A stretch of DNA of 60,941 bases from an uncultured Bacteroidales bacterium (GCA_903925275.1 CAIYES010000181.1:1-60941); one strand, 5' to 3'; positions 46,610 through 55,809 are shown, numbered from the stretch's first letter. A program made the numbers and translations. The notes: generated by a model from the sequence alone, not told the origin.

Positions 46610-47899
46610 TTATCCCGTTTTATGTATAGCATCAACAGCTGGATAATCCTTCATCATACGTTCAACCACATGAATATCCGGCTCAACCGGCTCGGGTATC
46701 TTTATGGATGTCTGAACCGCCGAAAGGTCTTTCAGCCCGCTTCCGGTAAGCAACACCACATTTATTGATCCGGGAAGAATCAACCCTCCGCGCCGGTATT
46801 TCATCATGCCGGCAAAGGCAGCAGCAGCAGCGGGTTCACAAAAAATTCCGGTGGACCGGGCAAGTTGCTGCGATGCCAGCAATATTTCCTGATCAGAAAC
46901 TGAAATATATTCCCCGTCATATTCTTTGATATAATTAGCAGTCATATGGTAACAACGCGGAACATCCACAGAAATCGAATCGGCGATTGTCCTGGAGGCG
47001 GATGAGACGAATGCTTCGCGATCCAGGTTATTGATCAGGTTTTTGCTTCCCTGAGCCTGAACGGCAACTAATAATGGCATACGTTCGATAATCCCAAGTT
47101 TCAGCAGATCTTCAAACCCCTTGCAAACACCGGAAAAGATAACGCCATCTCCCACCGGGATAAAAATGCGGTCGGGAACCTTGTGACCAAGTTGCATAAA
47201 AAGTTCGAACGAAACTGTCTTTTTTCCCTCGATGGTCAGTGGATTGTAAGCAGTATTCCGGTTGTACCAGCCATATTTTCGGGTTAATTTAATACTCAGA
47301 TCAAACGCATCATCATAGGTGCCTTTAACCGGGATCAGGGTAGCGCCGTACATCAGGATTTGCGTGAGTTTTGCAAGTGGTGCTGCAGCCGGAACAACAA
47401 TGATTGCCCGTTGCCCCTGGGCGGCACAGATCCCTGCAAGGGAAGAGCCTGCATTGCCAGTGGAGGCAGCAATCAGCGTTCCGATATTGTTTTCGCCCGC
47501 CCATGCCGAAACAAGAGCAGAGGCGCGATCCTTGAACGAAAAGGTAGGATTTTGAGAATCATCCTTCAGGTATAGTCCGAAATCCGGGTCATCCTTTTCC
47601 AACCATAATCGATGATCAATACGGTAAAGCGGAGTATTGCCAATTCTCAGGTTTGGCCAGAACCTGTTACCTGATATTGGAAGCAACGGTACGAAATGAT
47701 CTTCCATCAAAGACTGAAAAAGCTTCTCAGTAGTGTGCCTGCTAATGATCCCGGCATATTCATAGATGGTTTTTAATACCCCCTTGGGAGGCAAATCGGG
47801 TTGGTTGCTCCTGTCACATGCCGGACAAAGGTAGATGATCTTATCCCCCGGATATTCCGCCTGACAATCAATGCATTCAAAGTGAAATTTTTCAGCCAT
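46610..47899 (-). CDS. Threonine-synthase-like fold-type II PLP enzyme
   Basis: N-terminal CxxC...CxxC, GNTPL, NPTFSFKDR (PLP Lys), ASTGNAG, PVGDG and LTGSGLKD. Confidence 0.85.
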   Translation of the reverse strand: MAEKFHFECIDCQAEYPGDKIIYLCPACDRSNQPDLPPKGVLKTIYEYAGIISRHTTEKLFQSLMEDHFVPLLPISGNRFWPNLRIGNTPLYRIDHRLWLEKDDPDFGLYLKDDSQNPTFSFKDRASALVSAWAGENNIGTLIAASTGNAGSSLAGICAAQGQRAIIVVPAAAPLAKLTQILMYGATLIPVKGTYDDAFDLSIKLTRKYGWYNRNTAYNPLTIEGKKTVSFELFMQLGHKVPDRIFIPVGDGVIFSGVCKGFEDLLKLGIIERMPLLVAVQAQGSKNLINNLDREAFVSSASRTIADSISVDVPRCYHMTANYIKEYDGEYISVSDQEILLASQQLARSTGIFCEPAAAAAFAGMMKYRRGGLILPGSINVVLLTGSGLKDLSAVQTSIKIPEPVEPDIHVVERMMKDYPAVDAIHKTG

Positions 47900-47974
47900 T
47901 TTCCTGAAATCTGTGAAATATTACTTTCTTTTTCAGTCAGCATATAGCAGTTGGTTAAAGCCAACTGAAAACAT

Positions 47975-49447
47975 TTATTTTAACAGTCCTGTCTGCTCAT
48001 TGAACTCATTGATCAGTTCATCCCAACGGGCAGGCTGGCTGAATATCTGCGGCCAGATATGCCGGTCGTTCCATAACCGGCGAAGATCCTCCACATCTTT
48101 GCCCTGCTGTTCTATCCAGGTAAAATATTTCAGGTTATGGATCGCCTTTCTGTCGTTATACCCAAGTTCTTTCATATATGCCGGAGATGTTCCCATCATA
48201 CATTTTTCGTGATCCCGGGCTGCCTGCAGCAATGAATAGGGGCCACGCTCTGCAGCAAGCTCTTCCAGCCTCGACCCGTACATTTGCGCTGAATCAGTAG
48301 CGATGGTGATCAAAATATCCTCACAGGTGAATTCAAAATGTTTTGCTGTCTTGATGGCCGATATGATGTTCCCGATGCCGGAAATACCAATTGTGTCAAG
48401 CAGGGAAATAAGTTCCACATCGATTCCGCTTGCTGCCAGATATTCATGACCCTCCTTTTCGTTGAAAAGACGCAAAAGACGCATGCAATCTTCATCATCG
48501 ATGGCTGTCACCACATCGGTATTCCTGACATTGTGTATCCAGGGAACATGTTTGTCGCCGATCCCTTCGATCCTGTGGCCGCCAAAACCGTTATGCAGCA
48601 ATGTAGGACATTGCAATGCTTCCGAAGCTACTACTTTGATAAAGGGGAACCTGGTCCGCAGGTAATCACCGGCGGCAATGGTCCCCGCCGAACCGGTAGC
48701 AGAAATATAGGCTGCAAATTGCGCGCTCTTCCCGCCAGCGATCCTGAAAGCCTCTTCAATGGCATGACCAGTGACCTCATAATGCCAGCAAGAGTTGCCA
48801 AACTCCTCAAACTGGTTAAAGATCATGCAATCCTCGCGTGTACGGCGGATCTCCCAGCATTTGTCATAGATCTCCTTTACATTCGACTCGCATCCCGGGG
48901 TGGCGATCACTTCGGCTCCGATCTCTTTGAGCCATGCAAAACGTTCACGGCTCATCTCTTCCGGGAGGATGGCCACTGCTGTAACATCCATGAGGTAGGA
49001 ATCGAACGCCCCGCCACGGCAATAGTTTCCGGTGGATGGCCACACAGCTTTATGGTAGGTGGGGTCGAAACCGCCGGTGATGATGGATGGGGCCAGGCAT
49101 CCGTATGCTGCGCCTACCTTGTGCGCCCCGGTCGGGAACCATTTGCCGAGCATCACAAGAATGCGGGCGTCAACACCGGTGAGCGCCTTTGGAAGCTCAA
49201 TGAAATTCGGAGCCCCGTATAAACCACCAAAAGCTTTTGGTTCATTTTTCCATGTCAGCCGGAACAAATTGAGGGGATGAAGGTCCCACAAACCAATGTT
49301 CTTCAATTTATCTATAATGTTTTCCGGGATCAGCTCCGGGTTTTGCATCTGTGAGAAAGTCGGCAGGATAATGCCCTTCTGACGATAACGGTCAATGGCT
49401 TTCTTTAAAATACCGGGATTGGTGATGTGGTCGATGATTGGGATCAT
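47975..49447 (-). CDS. Fold-type II PLP-dependent enzyme (cysteine-synthase-like, uncharacterised)
   Basis: FPTGAHKVG (PLP Lys), PSTGNY, TGSAGT and HRIEGIG. Confidence 0.85.
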   Translation of the reverse strand: MIPIIDHITNPGILKKAIDRYRQKGIILPTFSQMQNPELIPENIIDKLKNIGLWDLHPLNLFRLTWKNEPKAFGGLYGAPNFIELPKALTGVDARILVMLGKWFPTGAHKVGAAYGCLAPSIITGGFDPTYHKAVWPSTGNYCRGGAFDSYLMDVTAVAILPEEMSRERFAWLKEIGAEVIATPGCESNVKEIYDKCWEIRRTREDCMIFNQFEEFGNSCWHYEVTGHAIEEAFRIAGGKSAQFAAYISATGSAGTIAAGDYLRTRFPFIKVVASEALQCPTLLHNGFGGHRIEGIGDKHVPWIHNVRNTDVVTAIDDEDCMRLLRLFNEKEGHEYLAASGIDVELISLLDTIGISGIGNIISAIKTAKHFEFTCEDILITIATDSAQMYGSRLEELAAERGPYSLLQAARDHEKCMMGTSPAYMKELGYNDRKAIHNLKYFTWIEQQGKDVEDLRRLWNDRHIWPQIFSQPARWDELINEFNEQTGLLK

Positions 49448-49561
49448 ATAGTGAGGATTTACGATTTATGATTTGCCGGATCTTTTCCGTTTCATTTGCT
49501 GTATGGAATTGATGCCGGGGAGTCTTTAATTAACAATATGAAAAAATCAAGTTTACCGACC

Positions 49562-52500
49562 CTACAGGGTTAGCTGCAAGGCACCTTTCATGACAATGCT
49601 CATCTCCGCTGCAAATGAAAAGCGGACCTCCCTGACACAGGGTGTAAGAAATCTGACCTCAATGAGGCTGAAATCGTCAGGGCGGATAACAGCCTGTACC
49701 TGGTTTGTTTCATAGATATACCTGTCTCCGGTTAAACTCAGGGTTCTGATGTTATCCTTCTCCTTATAGATCAATACCTGCTTTTCCGGAAGTTTACTCA
49801 GGAAAAAACCGGTGCCCTCTTCATTCAACGTTTTCACCGAAAGGCATAACCCAGGTTTATCGGCAAAAGGCCTTCCGCTGGTTGGACAAAATGTGGTACA
49901 GTTGCCACATTCATTGCACAGATCCCGGATATTCAGGATTTGAAATGGCTGATCAACCTTGAATATCACATCATTTATTAAGTTTGTTGAACCATCTTCC
50001 ATTAATACTGCCTTCTGCAGATTATAACTCACCGGTTCGATCGAAAAAGCGAAATTAGCCAGGTTGGGGCAAACTGTGGCGCAAACATTGCAGATTTCAT
50101 CACAAAGCAAACAACGCGAAGCCTCTGTTTGAGCATCCTTTGCAGTCAGGGAAGGGATAACCAGCTTAAAATTGCGTCGTTGATCGAATGGTATTTCGGC
50201 CGGGCTATGCCCGTATTCTCTGGTTGCTTTACGCCGCAGCAGGTCATTGAATTCGAAATCCTTGACTTTGGATCGGGACGGAAGCACTTTTCCCATGCCC
50301 TCCTCCCCTGCAGTGAGGACATGCGACGGGGGTAGGATATCCGCAATGATCTCTATGGCAGCCTTGCGTCCGTCGGCAATCGCATTGATGGCCGTGGAGG
50401 CACCCCTCAAAGCATCGCCTCCGATGAATAATCCCGGAATTTGGGTTCTGTAATGGCCGGGATCAGTTCTGAGTTTGTCCTGTTCCAGGAAATCGATGGC
50501 CAATTGCTGACCAATGGCAGGGATAATGGTGTCGCATAAGATTTCAAATTCCGAATCAGGGATGGCAACGGGAATGGCCCTGCCATCCTTTCCTTTCAAC
50601 GCAAGAATATTTCGCTCGCAAACAAGGGAACTTACGTGGCCGTCGACTGTGCAAATACGTTTTGGGCTGATGAGTTCAATGATGTTGATCCCTTCATTCC
50701 TTACCGCTTCGATCTCTCCCCGGTCGGCCGGCATCTCACTGATGGTACGGCGGTAGGCAATGGTTACGCTGCCCTTTTCACCCACCAGTCTGTAAGCAGT
50801 TCGTGCCGCATCCATGGCGGTGTTCCCTCCACCGATGATCACTACCCGGTTGCCCAATACGTGTTTATTGTTTTGTTTAACACCAGATAAAAACTCCAGC
50901 GGATCGATCACCCCTGGAGATTCCACTCCTTCGATCTCCGGTTTCACCGATTGCTGAGCCCCTGCCGCCAGGAACACTGCATCATAATCGCTCATCAGGT
51001 CATTAAATCCTGCCTGGTCTATCGGATGGTTTTCATGAAGGTGAACCCCTGATGCCAGAATTCGCCGGATATCGGTTTCAATGGCTTTATCGGTAAGCCG
51101 GAACGATGGAATGGCAGCCGATACCATCCCCCCGGCAAGGTTCTTCTGTTCAAAAACATCCACCTCAAATCCTGCCTGGCGCAGGAACCATGCACAGGAT
51201 AAACCGGCGGGGCCGGCGCCGATTATGGCGACTCTTACAGGGCTCCTCCCACGGCTCCCCTCCTCTGGCATATGAAACGCTGGGGGTGGGGGATTTTCCG
51301 CCACAAACCGCTTGATTTCGCGGATGTGAATTGCTTCATCATAATTGATCCTGGTACATTTCAACTGGCACAAATGGTCACAAACCATGCCGGTTACCGT
51401 GGGAAACGGGTTGGTTCTGAAGATGGTGTTATATGCAGCTGGAATATCGCCCTGTGAGGTGTGATGCATATATTCCGGGATTTCCTGATTTGTGGGGCAG
51501 GTATCGGAGCAAGGTGCATGGATGCAATCAAACCAGCCCAGGTGTCGGGTGGTTTTAATTGATTGATCCGACAGCGCCCTCTTTTGGTAGGCGGGATTTT
51601 CAGCTACACGGTGTGCATAGCTGTTCAGGTTATGCAAAGCGGCGGTTGTAACCTGGGCAGTCGAACTGACCGGCAATCCGGCAACCCCCAGAACATATTC
51701 ATCAATAGTGTCTGCATTCTTCAAAGTAAATTCCTTGCGGAGGTTCCCGATGTATTGACACAACCGGCCATACCCGCCGGGTTTCAGCAGGTCGCTGCAA
51801 ACCGTTACCGGTTTCATGCCTGAGGCAATGACATCGCCAATGTTGAAGCAGTCAACCCCTCCTGAAAAGGATATATCAAGCTGGCCTTTCATATCATTTT
51901 GCAGCTTTCTGGCGAGGTTGATGCTGACAGGATGCAGCGCACGTCCACTCAAATACATCATGCTTTCCGATGGACTGAAAATCGCTTTATTGTTAATGCT
52001 TTCAAGCGTATTGGTAAGTTTTACGCCAAATTGCAGTCCGTTTTCAGCAGAGACAGTCATGAGCCTTTCCACGATTTTCAGGGCATCGGGGTACTTAAGA
52101 TCATGTTCAAACGCCGTGTCGGGCACCACAGTAGCAAAACCCAGTTTAGTGTTGAGTATGCTGTGCAGTTCATCGGCGCCAAGCAGGGTAGGATTCAACT
52201 TGATGGTTGTGTGCAATTTCTTATCTCTGATCAGGTAAAGTCCGATTTTTTCAATCTCATCGGGAGGACACCCGTGCATGGTGCTGAGGGTGACGTGATC
52301 CGAGATCAGCGACGGGATGTCAATCGTATCAATAGCCGGGTAGAAGGCACGGATGGAATTTTTCGCACTTTCCAGTTCTGAACTACAATCGTCCATCCGG
52401 TCGAAAAACCATTGAACATTGTCATTCATGATCCCTTCAAGGTTGTAGCCAACACTCATGTTAAACAATGTTCCGCATGTTCCGGCGAAACCAAGTTCCC

Positions 52501-52903
52501 TGTGCAGGATATGGATGAGAATCCAGGCATTCAGATATTCTGTAAATGACTCATGTATTTTCAACTCCTGCGACCACTCGCAATTATAGCCCTCATCCTG
52601 CATGTCGATGCAGGGCTTGGATACTTCAAGTTCGTCGAGGGTTTGGATGGTCTTCAATTCAATATACCTTGCACCGCACAGCCATGCCGCGATGATATTT
52701 ATTGATAGTTGGGTATGGGGACCTGCTGCTGCTCCGATGGGTGATTCCATCAACCGGCCATACCGGTAGAAACGAAAGGGATCCTTTGGCTCCGGATAAA
52801 AGAACAAATTGCCGGGAATGCCCATAAATCTGCCATTCCTGATTTCTTCAACTGCGAATCGAACAAGTCTGGGGAGTGAAACTAGATTAAATTTTCCGGC
52901 CAA
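49562..52903 (-). CDS. ygfK: YgfK flavin/Fe-S oxidoreductase
   Basis: AAGPHTQL, YNCEWSQEL, KLNPTLLG, KLTNTL, GAGPAG, GGGNTAMD, CxxCxxxCxxCxxVCPN and CNECGNC; TTG 52903 is supported by TAAATTTG at 52937-52944 (minus strand). Confidence 0.92.
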   Translation of the reverse strand: MAGKFNLVSLPRLVRFAVEEIRNGRFMGIPGNLFFYPEPKDPFRFYRYGRLMESPIGAAAGPHTQLSINIIAAWLCGARYIELKTIQTLDELEVSKPCIDMQDEGYNCEWSQELKIHESFTEYLNAWILIHILHRELGFAGTCGTLFNMSVGYNLEGIMNDNVQWFFDRMDDCSSELESAKNSIRAFYPAIDTIDIPSLISDHVTLSTMHGCPPDEIEKIGLYLIRDKKLHTTIKLNPTLLGADELHSILNTKLGFATVVPDTAFEHDLKYPDALKIVERLMTVSAENGLQFGVKLTNTLESINNKAIFSPSESMMYLSGRALHPVSINLARKLQNDMKGQLDISFSGGVDCFNIGDVIASGMKPVTVCSDLLKPGGYGRLCQYIGNLRKEFTLKNADTIDEYVLGVAGLPVSSTAQVTTAALHNLNSYAHRVAENPAYQKRALSDQSIKTTRHLGWFDCIHAPCSDTCPTNQEIPEYMHHTSQGDIPAAYNTIFRTNPFPTVTGMVCDHLCQLKCTRINYDEAIHIREIKRFVAENPPPPAFHMPEEGSRGRSPVRVAIIGAGPAGLSCAWFLRQAGFEVDVFEQKNLAGGMVSAAIPSFRLTDKAIETDIRRILASGVHLHENHPIDQAGFNDLMSDYDAVFLAAGAQQSVKPEIEGVESPGVIDPLEFLSGVKQNNKHVLGNRVVIIGGGNTAMDAARTAYRLVGEKGSVTIAYRRTISEMPADRGEIEAVRNEGINIIELISPKRICTVDGHVSSLVCERNILALKGKDGRAIPVAIPDSEFEILCDTIIPAIGQQLAIDFLEQDKLRTDPGHYRTQIPGLFIGGDALRGASTAINAIADGRKAAIEIIADILPPSHVLTAGEEGMGKVLPSRSKVKDFEFNDLLRRKATREYGHSPAEIPFDQRRNFKLVIPSLTAKDAQTEASRCLLCDEICNVCATVCPNLANFAFSIEPVSYNLQKAVLMEDGSTNLINDVIFKVDQPFQILNIRDLCNECGNCTTFCPTSGRPFADKPGLCLSVKTLNEEGTGFFLSKLPEKQVLIYKEKDNIRTLSLTGDRYIYETNQVQAVIRPDDFSLIEVRFLTPCVREVRFSFAAEMSIVMKGALQLTL

Positions 52904-53029
52904 GGTTGTATTGAATATAGGATAAATCTCGAGTGTCAAATTTAGAGATAAAGCATGAGAATTGACCGTACCATCATGAAAAAATGAGTTGGATCTTCCC
53001 GAATTTGTATTTTGCGTTGTTTTACCTGT

Positions 53030-53037
53030 TAAATTTG
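53030..53037 (+). promoter_or_regulatory. -7 box TAAATTTG for guaD, divergent from ygfK
   Basis: TAnnTTTG with upstream TTTG at 53004 and 53011. Confidence 0.55.
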
Positions 53038-53050
53038 TCGGTATACTCCC

Positions 53051-53083
53051 CACCCCGTCAGGGTATCCTACCCTGACGGGGTG
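53051..53083. repeat. Perfect 15-bp-stem palindrome (REP-like) in the guaD leader
   Basis: CACCCCGTCAGGGTA-TCC-TACCCTGACGGGGTG. Confidence 0.85.
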
Positions 53084-53101
53084 TCGGATAAGTAATCTTC
53101 T

Positions 53102-53575
53102 ATGGAAACTACTGAAACGTCTTTTAATGAAGCATTTGATCAGGCTTTTAATTCCGTTAGAAATAATATTGGAGGCCCCTTTGGCGCGGTGATACTCATG
53201 GATGGCAAGATCATCGGAAAGGGTGGAAACCAGGTAAGTTCACAGAATGATCCAACCGCACATGCCGAAATCGTAGCAATCCGTGATGCATGTAAGAACA
53301 TCAGCAATTTTGATCTTTCCGGGGCTGTGCTTTATACCACCTGCGAACCCTGTCCGATGTGTCTCTCAGCGATCTATTGGGCCAATATCCAATCTGTTTA
53401 TTATGTGGCCACCCGGCATCAGGCTGAAGCCATTGGGTTTAAAGATAACCACATTTACGAAGAACTTGACCTCCATCCATCAAAACGGAGAATTGCCTTC
53501 ATGCAGGTCGACCATCCCAAGTCGGCTGAACTCTTCAGGGAATGGACTGAAAAAACCGATAAAATATCCTATTAA
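53102..53575 (+). CDS. guaD: Guanine deaminase (CDA/nucleoside deaminase fold)
   Basis: GGPFGA, DPTAHAE, CEPCPMC, IGF.D..IY and C-terminal Tyr. Confidence 0.85.
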   Translation: METTETSFNEAFDQAFNSVRNNIGGPFGAVILMDGKIIGKGGNQVSSQNDPTAHAEIVAIRDACKNISNFDLSGAVLYTTCEPCPMCLSAIYWANIQSVYYVATRHQAEAIGFKDNHIYEELDLHPSKRRIAFMQVDHPKSAELFREWTEKTDKISY

Positions 53576-53577
53576 CT

Positions 53578-53817
53578 TTATTTCACCCACGGTGGTTTGG
53601 GTGGACCTTTGTGTTTCCTGGGAGGCTTTGGTTGTTTGGGTTCCTTTGGTTTTTTAGGCTCTTTAGGTTTTGGAGCCTTCTTTGGGGCTTTCGGCTTAGG
53701 TGGGGATTTGGGTTTCTGGATCGCCGTACCTGCTGTTTCACTTCCCGACACCGTGAAAATACCCGGGCTTAAATTGATGACAATCAACGCAGCAAGAGCA
53801 TAAATGAATTTTTTCAT
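53578..53817 (-). CDS. Small secreted Pro/Lys-rich protein
   Basis: Signal peptide MKKFIYALAALIV; (K/E)PK repeats; 79 aa. Confidence 0.65.
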   Translation of the reverse strand: MKKFIYALAALIVINLSPGIFTVSGSETAGTAIQKPKSPPKPKAPKKAPKPKEPKKPKEPKQPKPPRKHKGPPKPPWVK

Positions 53818-53975
53818 AGTTTTATTTGTAAAGATGAGTCCACTCTGAAAACTCTTTTTCAGAAGGCCGACATTATGGTTTTCCGATCAGGTTCAGCAAT
53901 TACTTGAATTGGAATTGCAAAATTGCAAAATTGTCCATTGAATAAAAATATATCTTTGTAAATCAGTTGATAATT

Positions 53976-54362
53976 ATGAAAAAAAATATCCTGTTTTTTG
54001 CATTCCTCCTTGTTTGTTTCCTGGCTGCCAATGCGCAGGAAGCGCCTCAGACAGCCATTTCGCCGGAGGATCGCACAAAGATGTTTGTCGATCACATTGC
54101 CCCGAAACTCAATCTGACCAAAGGCCAGAAAGACACCCTTGCCATCATTTTCATTCAGTTTATGGACGATATACAAAAATATCATGCAGAAAATAATGCA
54201 AAAGTCATCACATTTATGATGAAGAACCGTGATGACAAGGTTAAAAATCTTTTGCGTGATACCGTAAAATACAGCAAATATCTCCTTGTCCTGGAGGATA
54301 TCAAAAAACAACGCGAATCGCAGCATGGTTCAATGCAACAAGGACAACCGGGCAGACATTGA
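53976..54362 (+). CDS. Secreted helical hypothetical protein
   Basis: Signal peptide ending ANA-Q; LNLTKGQ motif reminiscent of LTXXQ proteins; TATCTTTG box at 53951-53958. Confidence 0.7.
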   Translation: MKKNILFFAFLLVCFLAANAQEAPQTAISPEDRTKMFVDHIAPKLNLTKGQKDTLAIIFIQFMDDIQKYHAENNAKVITFMMKNRDDKVKNLLRDTVKYSKYLLVLEDIKKQRESQHGSMQQGQPGRH

Positions 54363-54388
54363 AATAAAATGGAAGGCGACAAAAACTT

Positions 54389-55615
54389 TTAATGCCGAAG
54401 CATTACATTACTCCGGGAGAGGATTGTATTATCTTTCCTTACAACCACAAGGTAGTTCCCGCCGGGCAAACCTGATACATTCAATTCAATTGTTTCGTTC
54501 GCTGTAACGGCATCTATTAACTGGTGCAACATCAAATCCCCATCGAAATTCAGAATATCAATCATCAACGGGAAATCTGCTTCCCCCTGAAACTTTACAT
54601 GGAGCAGGTTGTTGCCTGGATTTGGGTAGATGTTGACAACATCAAACGGAGTGATTGCGGGCGTTGGAGTGGTTCCTGTGATGGAAAAATTATTGTCGCT
54701 GAAATCGAAAAGCGGTGACCCCGCAGTATTCAAGGCTGAAATCCTGACCTTATAATCATTTCCCGATGACAAAGTATACGGAATGGCCCAGTAACAGGAA
54801 CCATTGCTCGGGGCAGAGGCATTAATCAGCGCGCAATAGGCCCCGCCTTTCCATAATTCGATTCTCACATTCCAGGTAATGTTATCCTGCCATTGAATGA
54901 TCCGGGTTGTTCCTTTAACCCAAAATTCTCCGCCATTGGGCGATGTGACCAATATGAAATTACCCTGAGAAATTGAAAAATTATTGTCACTGAAGTCATA
55001 AACCTGGCTAACAGTGGCAGAATTGGCGATGATACTTATGATCTTGATTTTATAATCACTTCCCGGGATAAGCGTATTCGTAGCCGGAATTGCCCATGAA
55101 AATATGCCATTCGAAGGTACTGAAGGAGCGATAACAGAATTAAACACGCCACTTTTCCAAAGTTCAATGCGAACATTGTCACAAATATTGTCTGACCATA
55201 AAATCTGGTGGGTGGATCCCTTTTGCCAGGTTTCTCCGCCATTGGGCGACACAACGATAATGGTTCCCTGGCTTATTAAAAAATTGCCATCACTGAAATC
55301 AAAACCGGACGCACTTGTAAGGCTTGTGATCTTTACTTTGTATGTACTGGCCGGTACCAGGCTGATGGGCGGGATCCAGGTATAGGTAGTCATACCAGCA
55401 GGCACCTGGCTACAGATGGTCAGACAAAATGCATTGTTTTTGTACAACTCGATTTTAACCGGGCCGGTAGTGTTGGCTGTTACCCACTGGATTGCATAAG
55501 GGCACCCGATCGTCAGATTTTCACCCCCGTTGGGATATATCACTGTGACTGGATTTACGCTGAAAGCGGAAAGGGAAATCGTGGTCACCAACAAGAAAAA
55601 TATCAACCTTTTCAT
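54389..55615 (-). CDS. T9SS-secreted protein with three Ig-like (Ser/Thr-rich 'GPI-anchored family', Kre9-like) repeats
   Basis: Three PNGGE...I.W...IEL.K...YK.KI...DFSD.NF repeats; IYPNP CTD; TATCTTTG box at 55628-55635 (minus strand). Confidence 0.85.
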   Translation of the reverse strand: MKRLIFFLLVTTISLSAFSVNPVTVIYPNGGENLTIGCPYAIQWVTANTTGPVKIELYKNNAFCLTICSQVPAGMTTYTWIPPISLVPASTYKVKITSLTSASGFDFSDGNFLISQGTIIVVSPNGGETWQKGSTHQILWSDNICDNVRIELWKSGVFNSVIAPSVPSNGIFSWAIPATNTLIPGSDYKIKIISIIANSATVSQVYDFSDNNFSISQGNFILVTSPNGGEFWVKGTTRIIQWQDNITWNVRIELWKGGAYCALINASAPSNGSCYWAIPYTLSSGNDYKVRISALNTAGSPLFDFSDNNFSITGTTPTPAITPFDVVNIYPNPGNNLLHVKFQGEADFPLMIDILNFDGDLMLHQLIDAVTANETIELNVSGLPGGNYLVVVRKDNTILSRSNVMLRH

Positions 55616-55809
55616 CTTGTTTTTTTACAAAGATACGACAGCGATAAACCTTTGTCAAGGATATTCTCTGGCAGTGTGGCAGCGAAGCAGCGGAGAGTGA
55701 GGCGCATAAAATTTATGCACTCCGGAAAAAAACGGGGTTGTTTGAAAATAGTGAAATGTGCACTACTCATTGGAAATAATTCATTAATTTTGAATAAAAA
55801 ATAATCACA

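Noticed and set aside
46610-47899. Calling this gene the housekeeping thrC
   Set aside because: The fold matches, but the context is purine catabolism with no thrA/thrB nearby, so the function is left open
49456-49476. Heptamer tandem GATTTAC-GATTTAT-GATTTGC
   Set aside because: Only three imperfect units of a common low-complexity intergenic repeat type; no evidence of function
52904-53053. 50-aa N-terminal extension of YgfK in the ORF track
   Set aside because: It starts inside the palindrome and spans the promoter box at 52937-52944; YgfK-like sequence begins at TTG 52903
32509-53575. Selenocysteine (in-frame TGA) in the selenium-linked cluster
   Set aside because: All ORFs are full length without TGA read-through; this enzyme class uses a labile Se cofactor rather than Sec
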